Below, piece by piece: positions 25,501 to 43,753 of a stretch of DNA of 64,000 nt (within the stretch, counting starts at the first letter, position 1; each line of letters starts with the position of its first letter). The stretch comes from Paraspadella gotoi. Its lineage: Eukaryota > Animalia > Chaetognatha. Below the pieces are notes generated by a model, which searched no databases, was not told where the DNA came from, and was given only the letters and a program-made list of their open reading frames with translations. The position numbers were made by a program, and so were the translations under genes. The DNA is taken from assembly GCA_051294375.1 (NCBI GenBank), contig CM119269.1, positions 18,526,471-18,590,470 on the forward strand, written 5' to 3'.

Positions 25501-27731
25501 TCAATCCAAATCCCCGTCGATTTCCTTCGCTTCTCCGTTTTGGGCTTGGAGTTTTCTCAAGCGCCGACGACGAAGTTCATTGGCGTCTTCGTCGGTTTTG
25601 GCCTCGGAATTGTCGTCGATCTTTTCGTCGGTCTTGGCTTTCTGATCGTCATTTGTGTCGACCGATTTATCGTCACTCTTTTCATCGGTGGGCGCTGCCT
25701 CGGGATTCTCGGACCTCTGGGAGCGAATCTTGGGGACGGCGCCTGTCGACGGCGTCGGCGCTTCGAGGCGCGGAGACGAAGAGCCTTCCGTAGTCGTCGT
25801 ATTTGTTGTTGTGACCTCTGCACCCACAGATGACGTCGTCGAGGTCGAAGTAACTGTCGAGGTTGTAGTAGTTGTGACAGTCGCCGCTGTAGTCACCGCA
25901 GCCTCCGCTTCAACGCCCGCACCATGTTCGGCAACCCCAGCGGAGGCGGCGGCATTGACAGTGGATGGAGCGGCACTCGCCAGGCTCACATACTGGTTCA
26001 TCTGGATCATAGCTGCATCCAGCAAGGTCTGGATGCCGCGAAGTACACGAATTCGCGCCTCGACGCGCCCGCGGTCGTCTCCCTCTAGAGCGCGTAGCTC
26101 TTCGTCAGAGAGGCCGGCGAAATCGGTCGGAGGAAGAGGAGGCGGAAGGGGGAAAGGCGGGGGAGGCAGGAGGTGGAAAGGAGGAAAGCTTGGAATCGAT
26201 CCATCCGCGGAGGCGGCGGTGGACGGCGGTGGCGGAGGAGGAAAGACGAAGCCTGGAGGTGGAGGAAAGGGCGGCGGTGGGAAGCCTGTCGAAAAGTAAA
26301 ATATGTTTCGATTTTTGTTTATTTGTCTTGGGGGCAGGGAAAAAAAGCACTTTACCCGGCGGAAGAACCCACGGCGCGTTCGGTGCGTTTTGCATCCCGT
26401 TCCTCTGACCAGCGTTGGGAGCATTGGGTGCGTCACCCCCGGCTCCGACGTTGTTGACCGGTGCGTCAGGCTCGGCTGCTGGGGGCGCCCCTCTTTGCCC
26501 GACGTCCCCGGCGCCGTTAGCGTTTCGCCTCCCAGCGCCAGCGTTGCGCAAAATATCAATGCGGCACGTCGGACAAGTCTGCTGTCGCTGGAACCAGGAC
26601 CGAAGGCAACTGGCGTGAAAAATATGTCCGCATGGGAGCTTCTTGGCAAAGCCAGCACCGGAGCCACCGGCAGGGGCTGCGCCAGGCGTCGCTCCTTGCA
26701 TCTCTTCCCGACAGATGATACAGACGTTGTCAGAGGACTCCAGGTCGGCCGCCGTGGCGTCCGGGTAGAGGGTGTTCATGTTGCGAATGGCGCGTCGCGA
26801 CATGATCACGTCATGCACGGCCTTTTTGAAGGCGCGAGCGGTGAGGTACATGGGCCGAATGGCAAAAAGTGGGAGGGTGTGAACCTTTACCATGATGGCC
26901 ATAAAAAGTAGGTAGAGAACGACTTTGGCGAATCCCAGGAGAAGTTCGGTGTAGAGGAGGTAGACCGACTTGCTCTCCCATGGGTTCTCGCTGCGAGAGT
27001 CGATTGCGTGGAGCACGTAACGGACGGCCACCATCAGCACGACGGTGAGCAGTATGGCATACTCGAAGCCGAAGACCAGCTGGACCGAAGCGCCCTTGAT
27101 CAAAGTGCTGTAGTAGGCGTGGTGCACGAAGAAAGAGTCAAGCAGCCCCAGAAGAACGAGGAGCATGGTGACGCGGAGGTGAAAAAGGAGGGTGATCGCC
27201 GGGGAGCGCTCCATGAAATCCACGCGGTCCTCCACCAGCCAATGAAAGCATTTGAGGAAGAGAAGAATCGTAAAGAGGGCGATGAAACGAGGGGAGAAGT
27301 CGTCTCTGGGCGGGGAGCACCGGGAGAAGAAGAGTATTATAAATTTTGTTTTTAATAATATTCTTTATAAAAAATGACACGATAATATGTGTTAGGTAAT
27401 TAAATTTACGTCTTTCTAAAAAAAAATTAATGTTCCATTTGTCCCACCTAAAAACTGTGAAGGCCAGGCAAGTTTCGGTGACGGCATACCACGACCGCTC
27501 GATGAGGTGCTCCGTCTCGGCGGCACGCAATTGACCGAAGAAGACCTTGCGCATGAGTTTCCCGAAGAGAACGACGAGGATCAAGGCTTGGAGATACATG
27601 ATGGCCATGCTCGGGTTCGACTTGGTGATGTAGACCACCGACGGGTAAAACTGTTCCTTTCTGTAGAAAGCGTTGCCGATGACGCCGAGCGTCAGCGCGA
27701 AGCTTACGCCCGCGATCGCGTCGATTCGCAT
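25501..27731 (-). CDS. SYVN1: E3 ubiquitin ligase synoviolin/HRD1, 3 exons
   Basis: Exons 27731-27448, 27305-26356 and 26285-25501. Motifs QFYPSVVYITKSNPSMA, WYAVTETCLAFTVFRDDF, RING-H2 CIICREEM...KKLPCGHIFHASCLRSWFQRQQTCPTCR, Pro-rich tract, LSDEELRALEG...LLDAAMIQMNQY and C-terminal ELRRRRL. Confidence 0.96.
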
Positions 27732-28467
27732 GACGAGAGTTTTTTATTCGGTTTGACTATAAAAAGAAATATATAAATAAGGCTTTATGAAGAATACGTT
27801 TTTAGATATGATTGGAGAGTGGAGACTCGAACCAGTAAGCGGCAAGACTTCTTTATGCACATAGTATAAAGAGTAAATAATGATCGATTCAACGGAAAAG
27901 ACGGTCGAGTTTCGCACAGCGGAAGCGACGGAAAGTTTAAAAACTACTAACACGAAAATCTATATCACAGGAATAAAAACAATACGAGTATTACAACATT
28001 AGTTATTTTCTGAACTTGTTGGGAAACTCGCAGCTGCTAAATTTGGTATTACCTAGCGTTTAAATTTTTTTCCCACACTTTAAAACATCCGTAAAGATCC
28101 TACACCTTCAAATCACCATTATTTAATCAACTCCATTGTAGACAAAGTATTTTCGTTGGAACAATTTAAAGGCCACTCACAATCGCACTTAGTCTTAGGG
28201 TCAGTTCGTAAATGAAAAATAACGTGCCGGCGCAAGACTTTTTTAAACTCAGTTAAACAAAACTAAGGTTCCTTAGTTTTCAAAAATTTACCTATAACAT
28301 TAACTAAAAAGAAAAGTATACCGTTCGTATAATTACCAAATAATGATTACAGTAAATTCATCGAAACTCACGTACTATAGTAATAATAGTATATTAATTG
28401 TTAAACATTGAAGACGAGCACTTCACTATTTTCTCCACACGGCAGGGGAACATCATGAACATTGTAA

Positions 28468-31400
28468 CTATCTCATCAAGGAGCTCCTCTTAATCGTCTC
28501 AGTAATAGGTTTCCTCGGGTGAATGAACACCTTCATGGTTCCCTTGAAGTCCGCCGTGACTAGGGCGTCGCCGAATTCTTCCCGCCTGTCGAGGCTGCTG
28601 CCCTTCGAGTCACCGGAGCCGGCCGTGGCGGACTTGGTCCGGTGGTTTGAAGGCTCGGCGGCGGCGTTCGCGGCGTCGTCAAAGGCTGCGAGCGGGTCGT
28701 GGGGGTCGTCCTCAACGCAGGCGTCGACTGCGGCCTTGATGAGGAGGATGGGGTGCGGGGCGAAGACGGCGCATGTGACCACGTCGGCGTGGCTCCTGAT
28801 CACCTCGAAATAGTCATTTTTGTCGCGTCGTGCGGCCGACGCCAGTTTGTAGACCTCGTTAAAAGTTTTCCAAATGTAGACGCCCTTATCTTCGGAGCCG
28901 CTGATAACATAGCGGCCCGAGGGAGAAAAGGAGGCTTTGATCTGGGAGGAGAGGTTCGTGGCGCCTTTGAACTTGCAAGTGAGCGAGGCGTCGTTGAGAT
29001 CGTAGAGCCGTACCCTGAAAACGGAGAGAGGTCTTCAAATCGGCAAAAAAATCTTAAAGTATAGTGATCTCGCCAGATGTTTCTATCAAAGAAAATTAAT
29101 GAAAAAATATGAAAAATTAAAAAAAACGAATGATTGATCCGATAACGAATTATTGATATAATAGTAATTGATTGATAGATGTAATAGTAATTGATTGATA
29201 GATGTAATAGTAATTGATTGATTGATTTAATAGTAATTGATTGATTGATTTAATAGTAATTGATTGATTGATGTAATAGTAATTGATTGATTGATATAAT
29301 AGTAATTGATTGATTGATGTAATAGTAATTAATTGATTGATCCGATGAGAACCAAAAGATTGATGCAATGATAACCAAATGATTGATGCAATGATAACCA
29401 AATGATTGATTGATAAAGAAAAAAAAAATAATAATCCACGAAAAAAAAAAAAATAATAATAATGGCGATAATAAAAGTTTTTAAAGGGAAAAAATTAATC
29501 AGAGAGAGAGAGAGAGAGAAAGAAGCCAAATCATTTTCAGCAGCAGAGGCACCCAGAAAAAAAAGAAAGAAATCAAAAGGCAGCAGCAGAAGCACTAGGA
29601 GAAAAGAGAGAAAAAGAAAGAGCCCCTGCAGAGCCAGCTGTAGACTCAAAAGGCAGCAGCAGAAGCAGCAAGAGAAAAGAGAGAAAAAGAATAAGCCCCT
29701 GCAGAGCCAGCTGCAGACTCGTTTTTTTCCCCTATGATTATGAATCAGTGACTAGGGAAAAGACAGAGGGAGAGAGACATGTAATTAAAAGAGAAAAGAG
29801 AGAGAGAGAGAAATATGAAAATAAAAGAGAGAAAATTTGTTTGTTTTGATAAAACGCAAACAAAACATATTTAATAACTGTCCAGACTCAATTATAAGCA
29901 CATCGATGATGAGAAGCTATAGATAAATTTTATTTAAGGCGATCTATAATTTGGAACGCCGACGACGACGAGTACGCCACTTATGCGCAAAAGAGTTACA
30001 ATATCGTCGCAAACGCTCAGCGATTGCGTGGATAAAAAAAACTAACAATTCAATGGTCAATGTTCATGTGAGTGAGGTGAAATGGGCAGTAAACTTTATC
30101 GTCGTTGTCAATATTGTGGTCGTTTGTTATTGTTGTTGTCATTGTCACTTGAGCTGCTTCAACATTAACAATATTTATACCGGACTTCTCCTAGTTTGTA
30201 ACCTGATCCGCCTTAATCATATTTTATGTTCAAGTTATTAGATATTTGCTATTTTTATTCAATCAATGCTAAAGATGAAAATGAGATACAAATGATTTTT
30301 TTTTTAAACCTGGAATCGTTCGATGACACGAGAACCTTCTTGTCGTCACCCGGCATCGAGACGATCCCCGTGATCTTTTTGCCTTTGTTCTTCCCCCGAG
30401 TTGATTTGACGTGAATGACAGTGTGATACTTCAGCTGGTCTGTGTAGAATACGCAACGTCCGTCGTAGGTTCCGACCACGCAGAGTTTACCACTGTCACA
30501 AAAATTAGCGGTCGTGATCAGGCGGCGCTGCCCCTCGACCTCGTTCCAAAGGGCCACCTTCTTGTCCGGAATGTTCCACAGGCGGAGCTTTCCATCGAGT
30601 GAGCCGCTGAGAAAGTATCGATCGTCCTTGGGATGAAAGGCGATGGCGGTAACGAAATCAACGTGCTGAAAGCAACAGAGGCACTCCTTTCGCGAGACGT
30701 GCCACAAACGGACCGTCTTGTCCATGGAGGCGGAAAGGAGAAAATAGTTCTTTGACCAGGAAATGTCAAGGAGATCGGCCCCGTGACCGCGATACTCGAC
30801 GAAGGCTTTTGGCATGAAGACGCACTCTTCGTCCTCGTCGACGAGATCGAGTCCACCGAAGGAGGCCGCCTCCGCTCCCAAACCCATCTCCAGCTGCTTC
30901 ATTTCCTCCGTCAGCGAAGCGAGGCTCACGTGAGAAGCAGAGGGCGACTGTCGGTTATCCTGATTGAATCTCTGCTTCATCTCATCAAAGTAAGGAAACG
31001 AGTCACGAAGGACCCATATGCGAAGAATATTGTCCTGGCCGCCGGTGGCCAGGAGCCGACCGCAGTGGCTGAACTTCATGGCCCAGACGGGGCCCGTGGC
31101 TCCATGCGACCCACGGTTTCCCAGAGTCTGTACCTCGTGCAGGTTGGGAAAGTTGACATGGGAAGACCTGTGTTTAACTTCGACCCGAACTTCAATGCCC
31201 TTTTTCGGAACGGGCATGCCGAGCAGCTTGTTCTGATTAGCTTGCTGCTGCTGTTGTTGACCACCGCTGCTTCCTGTCTGGCTCTTCCGCTTTTTGCCGT
31301 GGTGATTGTTTCCGTTGCGATTCTCCTCGGCGAGAGGTTGGCGATCTACTGAAGTCGCCACCGACGGCGTTGCGGACTGGGACGACGCGTCTCCGCCCCG

Positions 31401-32981
31401 CGGTTTCTTAATTTTGTCCGTGAGATCACCGAAAAACTGCTTGACGCCTTTGGTTTTTTTCTGATCCGCCTCGACATTAATCGACGGCGGTGGCGGACGG
31501 GGTGGTTTGGCCGCCCCTCCAGCGACTGACTCTACGACGCGCCATTTAAACGCCCTGGTCGATGCAGTCGTCGTCGTCGTTCCACCGGAAGAGACCGTCG
31601 ACACGGAACCGCAATCAGAATCGTCAGAATCGCCGAAGTCGTCGGCGCGTTCCTGAATTACGTAATAAAAATCGGAAGGAGTTGAGAATAAATAAATAAT
31701 TTTTTCATGTTGTGAAAATTTATTATCGCATGATTAATAAAACGGAAATAGAACATTAATGCTACTTTTTAATACAGCATAAAAAATCAAAAGCAATTAG
31801 ATTAGGGCAACCCATCCCATCCAATGCACCTGAATGAGTTGGCTGAGCGGGTTCTGATCGGCCGAGAGACGTTTGTCGATCTCACTGAGCGGGATCATCT
31901 CTCCTGTGTCGATGTCACGGAACAAAGGAATGGCACCGATCTCCGCGTCGGTTAACTCGGAGCCCGTCGTCGACATTCCATGCATGGCGGCGTGGCGGAC
32001 GGCCTCTTCGCCCTTGGGCGCGGCAGACGGCGGCGGCGGCTGAGAGGGCCGGCTGGGCTTGCCCCTCTTCGGCTGCTGCTGCTGCTGCGGCTGCAACAAA
32101 TGTTCGAGGCCGACACCGATCGACTTTGGACGAGACTCCGTGTCGGTCTCCGTTACCCGCAGTCGCTCGTCGTCTACGGCGTGGACTACGAGTTGTTCGT
32201 CGGCAGACTTTCGGGACTTATCACTTAAGGCTGCGTTGCCTCCACCGTTTAGTCGCTTTTCTCGTTTTGATCTCCGTGGAGGTGCCACTGGCGTCGTGCC
32301 GATCAGGACCTCGGCGTCTCCACGCGGGGTTTGAGATCGAAGAGAAGTCGATGGCGCGGATTGTCGCGTTGAAAGAACCAAATCCGGTGGCGGCGGCGCA
32401 GGCGGTGGACACTGGGGAAAGTTCGAAGGTGGCGATTCGGGCGGAGAAGCTTCGATGACATCTTCGAGCGCGGTTGAGATGCTGGCGGGCGAGGAGAGAG
32501 CCTCGGCGTCGAGCGGCGTGCTGGTCGCGGCGGACAAGAAGCTGAGTTGCGCTTCGGAAGCCGGAGTCGAAACGACGGCGACGAAATTAGGAGCCGCTCC
32601 CGTCGTTGGGGAAGACGTGGGGGTCAGAACGTCAGGAAGTGATGAAGACAGAACGTCGAGTTCTTCCGTTAAGCCCTTCCGGACGTCGTCGTCCTCGATT
32701 TCTTCATCCTCCGCCTTCTCGTCGTCCGCGTTCGCGTTCTCTTCATCCCGACTCTCCGAGGCCATCAAACGGCGGGCGAACGCTAGCTTCTCCTGCCGGC
32801 TCCGTTGTTGCAGCATTTCTTCACCGTTTTCCGCCTCAGCGCCGCCTTCCGACGTACTTTCTTTTTCTTTGACATTACAAAGTTTGATAGTATCCACGTC
32901 GGCGTTGACGTCCACACCCTCTTCACCCAGAGCGTCGTAAAACTCCTCATGATCAGAGCATTCGTCTCTTTCTTCGCTCAT
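28468..32981 (-). CDS. WDR44: WD repeat protein 44 (Rab11-binding protein), 3 coding exons
   Basis: Exons 32981-31830, 31652-30310 and 29014-28468. N-terminal FFAT-like DHEEFYDA, DIDTGEMIPLS, and WD40 repeats (VWAMKFSHCGRLLATGGQD, LSASMDKTVRLWH, FQHVDFVTAIAFHPKDDRYFLSGSLDGKLRLW, LVSSNDSRVRLYD, QIKASFS). Confidence 0.94.
29150..29412. repeat. Intronic minisatellite, ~23-27 bp units (GATTGATGTAATAGTAATTGATT)
   Basis: Tandem units are directly visible. Confidence 0.9.
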
Positions 32982-33864
32982 TTTTACGATGATTGCCTAT
33001 AAGTATAAAATATAAATATTATAAGAGAGTTTTAAAAGTAAAATTTAAAGTTACCCGAACGTTGACACAGACGACATTCGCTCAGTCAGGTTAAAATTAC
33101 CGACGAGATGACGCTTCCTGTCTTCTTGGTCCGACCTCATCCGCAGGCGTTTTTCCCCCCCGAGTTTTCCTGCCTGGCACAATAATTCTTCAAACGTAAA
33201 CTTCAAATAATTCCCATTTACTACTTTTTGCAAAGACTCCTCCTATAAATATATAATACACGTCATTCTTAATTTATCTCCATTTTTAAATTCGGTATTG
33301 TCGCGAAATATCTGTATTTTTTACTAAAACACCTCGTCATATAAACGCTCTAAAACGTCGACAGCTCATACACGTACCTTTCAATGAAAAATAAGTAATT
33401 TTCCATTTACTTACTTTTTAAATCGAGACATACGGAGGATTTTCTCGACTTACCACGATTGAGACTGTTCTTCTGTTCGTCGAATCTCCTTTCCTTGACT
33501 CCCTCTCTCGCACCAACTCGAGCTCATATTTTGTTTCACTCTCAGTTTGCGAGAGAAAAATAGAAACTTAGCCGAAAACTACGGAATTTAGTTAAAATTG
33601 TGGGAAAAAATGTCAGCACGACTTAAAGTTAAACAATTCGATATAAATAAAACTTTATAAAGTTATGTGCATCTAATATTCATTTATGCTTCCTTCAAGT
33701 TCCACAAGTCACCAAGCCGACTACGAAACGAAAAAACAAGATATTTTATAATATATTGTCATAATAGCAAAACAATGATAACAGTATCCCTAATAAAAAC
33801 GATATGTTTATTAGTTTTAAGTAAATTTTATTAGTAATAAGCTTAAACAAGGAAAGACTAAGTC

Positions 33865-36800
33865 TTAGTGGAAATGTTCCAGGTAAACGTAAAAGCACGA
33901 CATCAAAAGGGCGTTACATAGCGTATCCAGTCCTCTGATGCCCGGCTTGTTCGGATCCGGCGGCGGACCTTTCGACTTGGGAAATATTCTGAGTAGCGCC
34001 TCCTCAGCTTCTTCTATTAACTCCATGGCCCAGTGTTCACGGAACATTTTGACTGCATACATTGTTCTGGCGAGAGCCATCGAAGGCGATGGAAGTTGGC
34101 GTCGCGGTGGTCGATATCGACGAGGCAGCATTATCCACACTAGAATGCCGGCCTTCACCAGTTGGCGGAACGGCATCCACCAGTAAGTGAGGAAGTCATA
34201 GGCCGCCGGTTCCACGCAAAGCAGATAATAAGAAATCCAGTATCCTATCCAGTGATCGAGTTCTTCGGGAGTGTAATGACTAAATTTCGAATTAATATTA
34301 TATTTATATCTTTTTTACACATCTTCATTACACATGCTTATAACTAACACATACCCGGATATCATACTGATGGTCTGGTAAATCGGGTAGATGGCGCAGA
34401 GAACAAAGACCATTTCTGCACCACCCTCTGCGTCACCATGAATGGCGATGATCCAACACACCGCCACTACGATGGCCATAGAGATGACCTCCCGCGGCAC
34501 TAGCGTCTCCGTCTCCAGCATGTCGTAGGTGTGAGAGAAGTTGCTGTCATAGTGCAAGCGCTTGAACCGTTCCGAGTCGAAGGCATAGTAGGACCAAGAC
34601 TCCACGGCCGATAGAAGAGAATCGCGCTGCAAAAACTTGCCCGTGCGAAAAAATTCGCCCCAATCGTAGTGGGTCGGCGGGTAGCTGATAGAGGTCTTCC
34701 ACCGAGGTCCAGTGCCAGGGGTCCACTCTGGTTCATCTGTAGGTCCAGGTAGTAAAAGTTATCGAGATTTGTTTGATTGAGAAAAAGAGTGTTCTCAAAT
34801 GAAAAATTAAACAAGAAAATAAAATAAAATAAAATAAAATAAACAAGAAAAAAAAGAAAAAAAGTCTCAATTATCATTTTTTCCTTCTTTTTCTCCTAGT
34901 TATTGTCATCAACTTTTTATTGTTCTGATTTTGAATGTAATCCGGATGTAATTGAAAATGAATTATTAAATTATGAAATTGGTACAACCAATATAAAAAC
35001 TATCCATTCATTCAATAAATAAGCTATCTTGCCCCTGACTTTGGACAGGCTTTGGTGGTTTAAGGCCTCCATCACTCTTACAAGATAATGACATAGCAGG
35101 TCCCTGCAAGCTTTCAATCAAGACTCTCTCACAGTCTCGTTTATTCACTCCCAGAGTATCTGGCTTCCCTATCAATGAAGTGGTATAATATTCAAAGAAT
35201 GTTTCAATTGTATGAAAAGATCACTCCCTTAAGTATTAGATCGGGGAATACTTATTGTACTCCGCACTAGCATCAAAATACAAGGAGCTGAATTTTATGA
35301 AATTGGTACAACCAATATAAAAACTATCCATATTATATATTAATATTTTTAAAAAAAGCCGCTTTACCTTGAGCTCTCATCCATTCCGGGATCTCTTGAC
35401 CGTCTTGAGTCATGCCATATCCGCCTCCTTCCCCGTCAAACCCTTGACCAAACTCGATCCCGACGTCTGCATATTCAGCCGGTACCCGCCTCCCATCTGG
35501 AAGCATTACGGTCCCCTGACCCTCTACCGACTGCATCAAGTCGCTTCGCGCAATTCCGACTCCGGAGTGTAGCCGAGTGACTCCCACACCGACGCCAGAA
35601 TGTGGTCTTCCTAGTTCAGCATGTCCTGAAACTTCACTGCCTCCAACTCGTGTTCCTGATTGTCCAGGTTGTGCTGGGCCAAAACCACCTCCAGGATGGC
35701 CCATACCCCCTCTGTAGACTCCTCCGGGTCCAATAGATCCTGGTCGTCCAGATCCTTGAGCTTCTCTCCCATGTTCCATAGCTCCTGCCCCTGGGTGTCC
35801 CATACCTTGGCCTGCCCCTCCTGGTGCTCCTGGATATCCCATTCCACCAGGTCCCATTGCAGCTCCTCCTGCTCCGGGATACGCCATTCCTCTTCCGTCA
35901 CCAACTCCACCTGAAGCTCCTGCAACTCCATAACCACCGCCCATTCCTCCTGGGCCACCTCTGGGACCTCCGCCAACGCCTCCTGGACCATAACCCGGAC
36001 CTGCTCCGGGGCTTCCATAAGGCCCACCACCTGGACCTGCTCCCATGCCTCTTTGGCCAGCACCTGGACCACCAGCTATTCCACCAGGGCCGCCTACACC
36101 TGGACCGCCTACACCTGGACCGCCCCCCATGCCTCTTGGACCTCCACCCACACCACCGGGACCACTTCCAATACCTCCACCCATGCCTCCTTGACCACTG
36201 GCCATGCCTCCCGGCCCACCACCCATACCTCCTCCTCCTCCACCTTGACTGCTTCCTATTCCTCCAGGGCCTCCTCCTGGTCCTCCACCCACTTCTCCTG
36301 GTCCTACGCCCGCTGTACCACCAGCGCCACCGCCTCTACCACCTCCCATCCCACCATATGGACCACCTGCCACTCCTCCACTCATTTCACCTCCCATATC
36401 TCCAGGCCCGCCTCTCATCCCTCGGCGGCCTCCAGGACCACCTCCAACATCTTCCATCGCGCCGCCCCTTCCATCGCCCATTTGTTGTCCCTTGCCCTGG
36501 CCAGTGGCAGAGAGAGGACGCGTGTCGGGCCCAATTTGTAGAGTCTGCATGGTCTCCTTGGTGACGGGTTGTCCGCTGGCGTCGACAAGTGTTCCAGCTC
36601 CCTTCATCCCAACGCCTGAATGACCTTCTCGGCCGAGTCCTCCCGAGACCAACGCGTCTTTAAACTCCTTGGCCTTCGGCAGGCCGGTCCGGGCACCGTC
36701 TCTTTTGATGTAGCCCGGGCCGAGAGCGCCGAATCCTCCGGCTCCCTTGCCTGCGCCCATACCCTGACGCTTCAGGGCTTCAGCAGCTGCTCTTCGACGG

Positions 36801-38410
36801 GCTTCTTCCGCCTCTGCGGCCAACCGGGCGTCCTCGGCGGCCCGCTCTTCATCCGTCATAACACTGATCTCGGGTTCGGAATGACTCACACTCAGGTTGT
36901 CCTCTTCGTTCGCGGGCTTTTTTTTCTTCGGTTTCGGCGGCGGCTTCTCGGGAGCTCCGCCGCAAGAATCGTTCACGTTTTTGCTGAGCTCGAAAATCGA
37001 GAAGGAGGAAAATAATTGCGTTAACTTTAATATAAATATAAATATTATTATTTTATGACTCAATAATTCGTTTTTCCGCGTTTTTTTAGTCGGATCTGCT
37101 TATGACTTATCAGTCGGTCCGTCGGTCTCCCCCCAAATCTTGTCGGTAAATCATTTTTATCATATCAGAACATCCAATTATGATTTATTATGCAAAAAAA
37201 ATGTTCGTCCGTCCGTCTGTTGGTCCCACCTTAGTATTAAACTCCAATTACTCGTGATTGGATGGTTGGACTGGATTTTGGATTTTGTGTGAGGGTTAGA
37301 GTGGAAATGAGTTTAATTGAAAAAAAATAAACATAACTTTTTTTTTTTAAATTTTAAAGTTTCTCCCTCTCTCTCTCTCACTGATATAAAATGATGGATT
37401 GACTGATTAATCAGTTGTTTGAATGATTGATTTATAGATTTTCATTACATCAATAATTGATTAATTAACGTATGTTGAAAAAATGATGCAAGTTGATCAC
37501 AAATAATTATCGTTAATATCATCTGTTTAGCTGATTACAGCTAAATTATCGTCGGCAGATCCGACATTGTTTGCTCAAACTTGTTCCTCATCAACACCCG
37601 TCCCTTGCTTTCAACCCTTTCCTCTCTCGATGGTGATCGAAATCACAAGATATCCAAAACAACATCAATGCCACTTACAGGGACAACTTGCGGGCTTCGC
37701 CGTCCCTTTCTTTCATGGTAACCATTCTCGTCATGACGATATTCTCGGCGTTGGCGACGAGCGCCGAAACCGTCGTCTCGGCGTCGCAAAGAATTTCCAC
37801 CGGAAGTTGGTCGATCTGTGCCTCGATCTCCTCGGAGCTAAGACTTTCGAAACAGGATGAAAAGAAAACGGAAGATTTGTTTTTCGTCAGTAATTCGTAA
37901 TAATTTAAATCTGCATGGAAATTGAAGGAACTCAGTTTTAAAACTTAGTACTTACTCTTCAAATTCGTCCTCGAATTCTGTCTGCGCGACGCCATCTTGA
38001 TTCGTCGCCCCGATTTTCAATTTGCTCAACGAGTTGTAGGGACTGGCGGGAAAAGGAATGGGGGGAGTGAAAATTCGAGGGTGAATCAATAATTTTCTGA
38101 ATGACTCCGAAATAACGAATCCAGTCGATGTATAAATAAATGACAAGGATGAATAAACGGAATCTCACTTTTGGGAAACGGCCTTGAGATCTCCTTCTCC
38201 AGCCACAAAGTGTCGGTCCTCCTTTTCTTTATCCCTTCTTCCTTCCCTTCTTCCCAAGCTTCCAACCCCATCTCTACTCTTCTCCCCTTCCAAACGTCTC
38301 TCTCTTCGTTTCTCCCTTCTCGAGTTGATCGATCGGGCTCGCGACGACTTGGACGCCTTGTACCAGAAATGATTTAGGTATTCTGTTATTTTTATTTTGA
38401 AGCAGTTCAT
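33865..38410 (-). CDS. Uncharacterised protein with a long Gly/Pro (GPGG) repeat region and a C-terminal TB2/DP1/HVA22 (REEP-like) domain, 6 exons
   Basis: Exons ~38410-38169, 38043-37956, 37843-37679, 36983-35368, 34736-34355 and 34279-33865 all join in phase through GT-AG introns. The C-terminal AIYPIYQTISMI...LDHWIGYWISYYLLCVE...WWMPFRQLVKAGILVWIMLP matches the TB2/DP1 pattern. The start codon is uncertain. Confidence 0.7.
34971..35331 (+). repeat. Dispersed repeat bounded by 37-bp direct repeats
   Basis: TTATGAAATTGGTACAACCAATATAAAAACTATCCAT at 34971 and 35295. The core resembles 46080-46230 and, inverted, 46790-46890. Confidence 0.7.
37085..37585 (+). mobile_element. Family-1 Helentron/DINE-like element
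   Basis: Starts TTTAGTCGGATCTGC, has GTCC/GTCG microsatellites, and ends GCAGATCCGACATTGTTTGCTCAAACTTGTT. It is the reverse complement of the 17009/17552 copies. Confidence 0.65.
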
Positions 38411-39149
38411 CCCACACGAGGTAGTAAGTTTTTAAATGTTAAAGATAGTACCATTGAACCGCTTCAAATAAACCTTGGATACTTTGGACGTCTTCGACTT
38501 TCTGCCGTCAATGCCATAATCGTCGTGAAGGACACGCCACGTTTTCGATTTAGAAGGGTCGAGGATGGAATCCTGCGAACCGGAGGTGGCGACGGCGTGC
38601 TTCGGGGGCGGTGGAACGTCCGGTCCGCCGCAACACGATGAGTTCGTGTTGTAGCTGCCCAGATGAACCTTTGCTCATTCATTTGCTCATTTAGCAATTT
38701 ATTCATTTTTTATAAATTATCACTCTGATAACATATCGTTGCGAGTAGGCCCAGGAATTATAAAATAAGCAATAAGCATTTCAGATTTCTCAAAGATTAC
38801 ATCGGTTGACGATTAGCAGTAATTTAAAAAAAATTTTTTGTGAATTTAAAAACTCATGAAAACTGCACAATCAAAAATATCGCTACTCACCGGGCCAGAT
38901 GCATGATCTATACCACGAATTTAAAAAAATAATTAACAAAAATGACACGAAAGAAAAAATGTTAGAAAAAAAAAGTAAAAAATAAACCCCGAAGTCTATT
39001 GGGTAATGAAATAATGTAAAAGATTTTCCTAAAGTGTTGCCAAAAAGGGAAAGGTATCTCCGTTGAGACGTTGCGGCAAAAAAACTGATCAAAGATGACT
39101 CAATAAAATGGAGTATGCGTGAAAGGTATAATGTTTAGTCCGCAATTTA

Positions 39150-43753
<4,604 letters not shown>

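Noticed and set aside
25540-32940. Long plus-strand ORFs overlapping SYVN1 and WDR44
   Set aside because: Antisense shadows of GC-rich coding exons.
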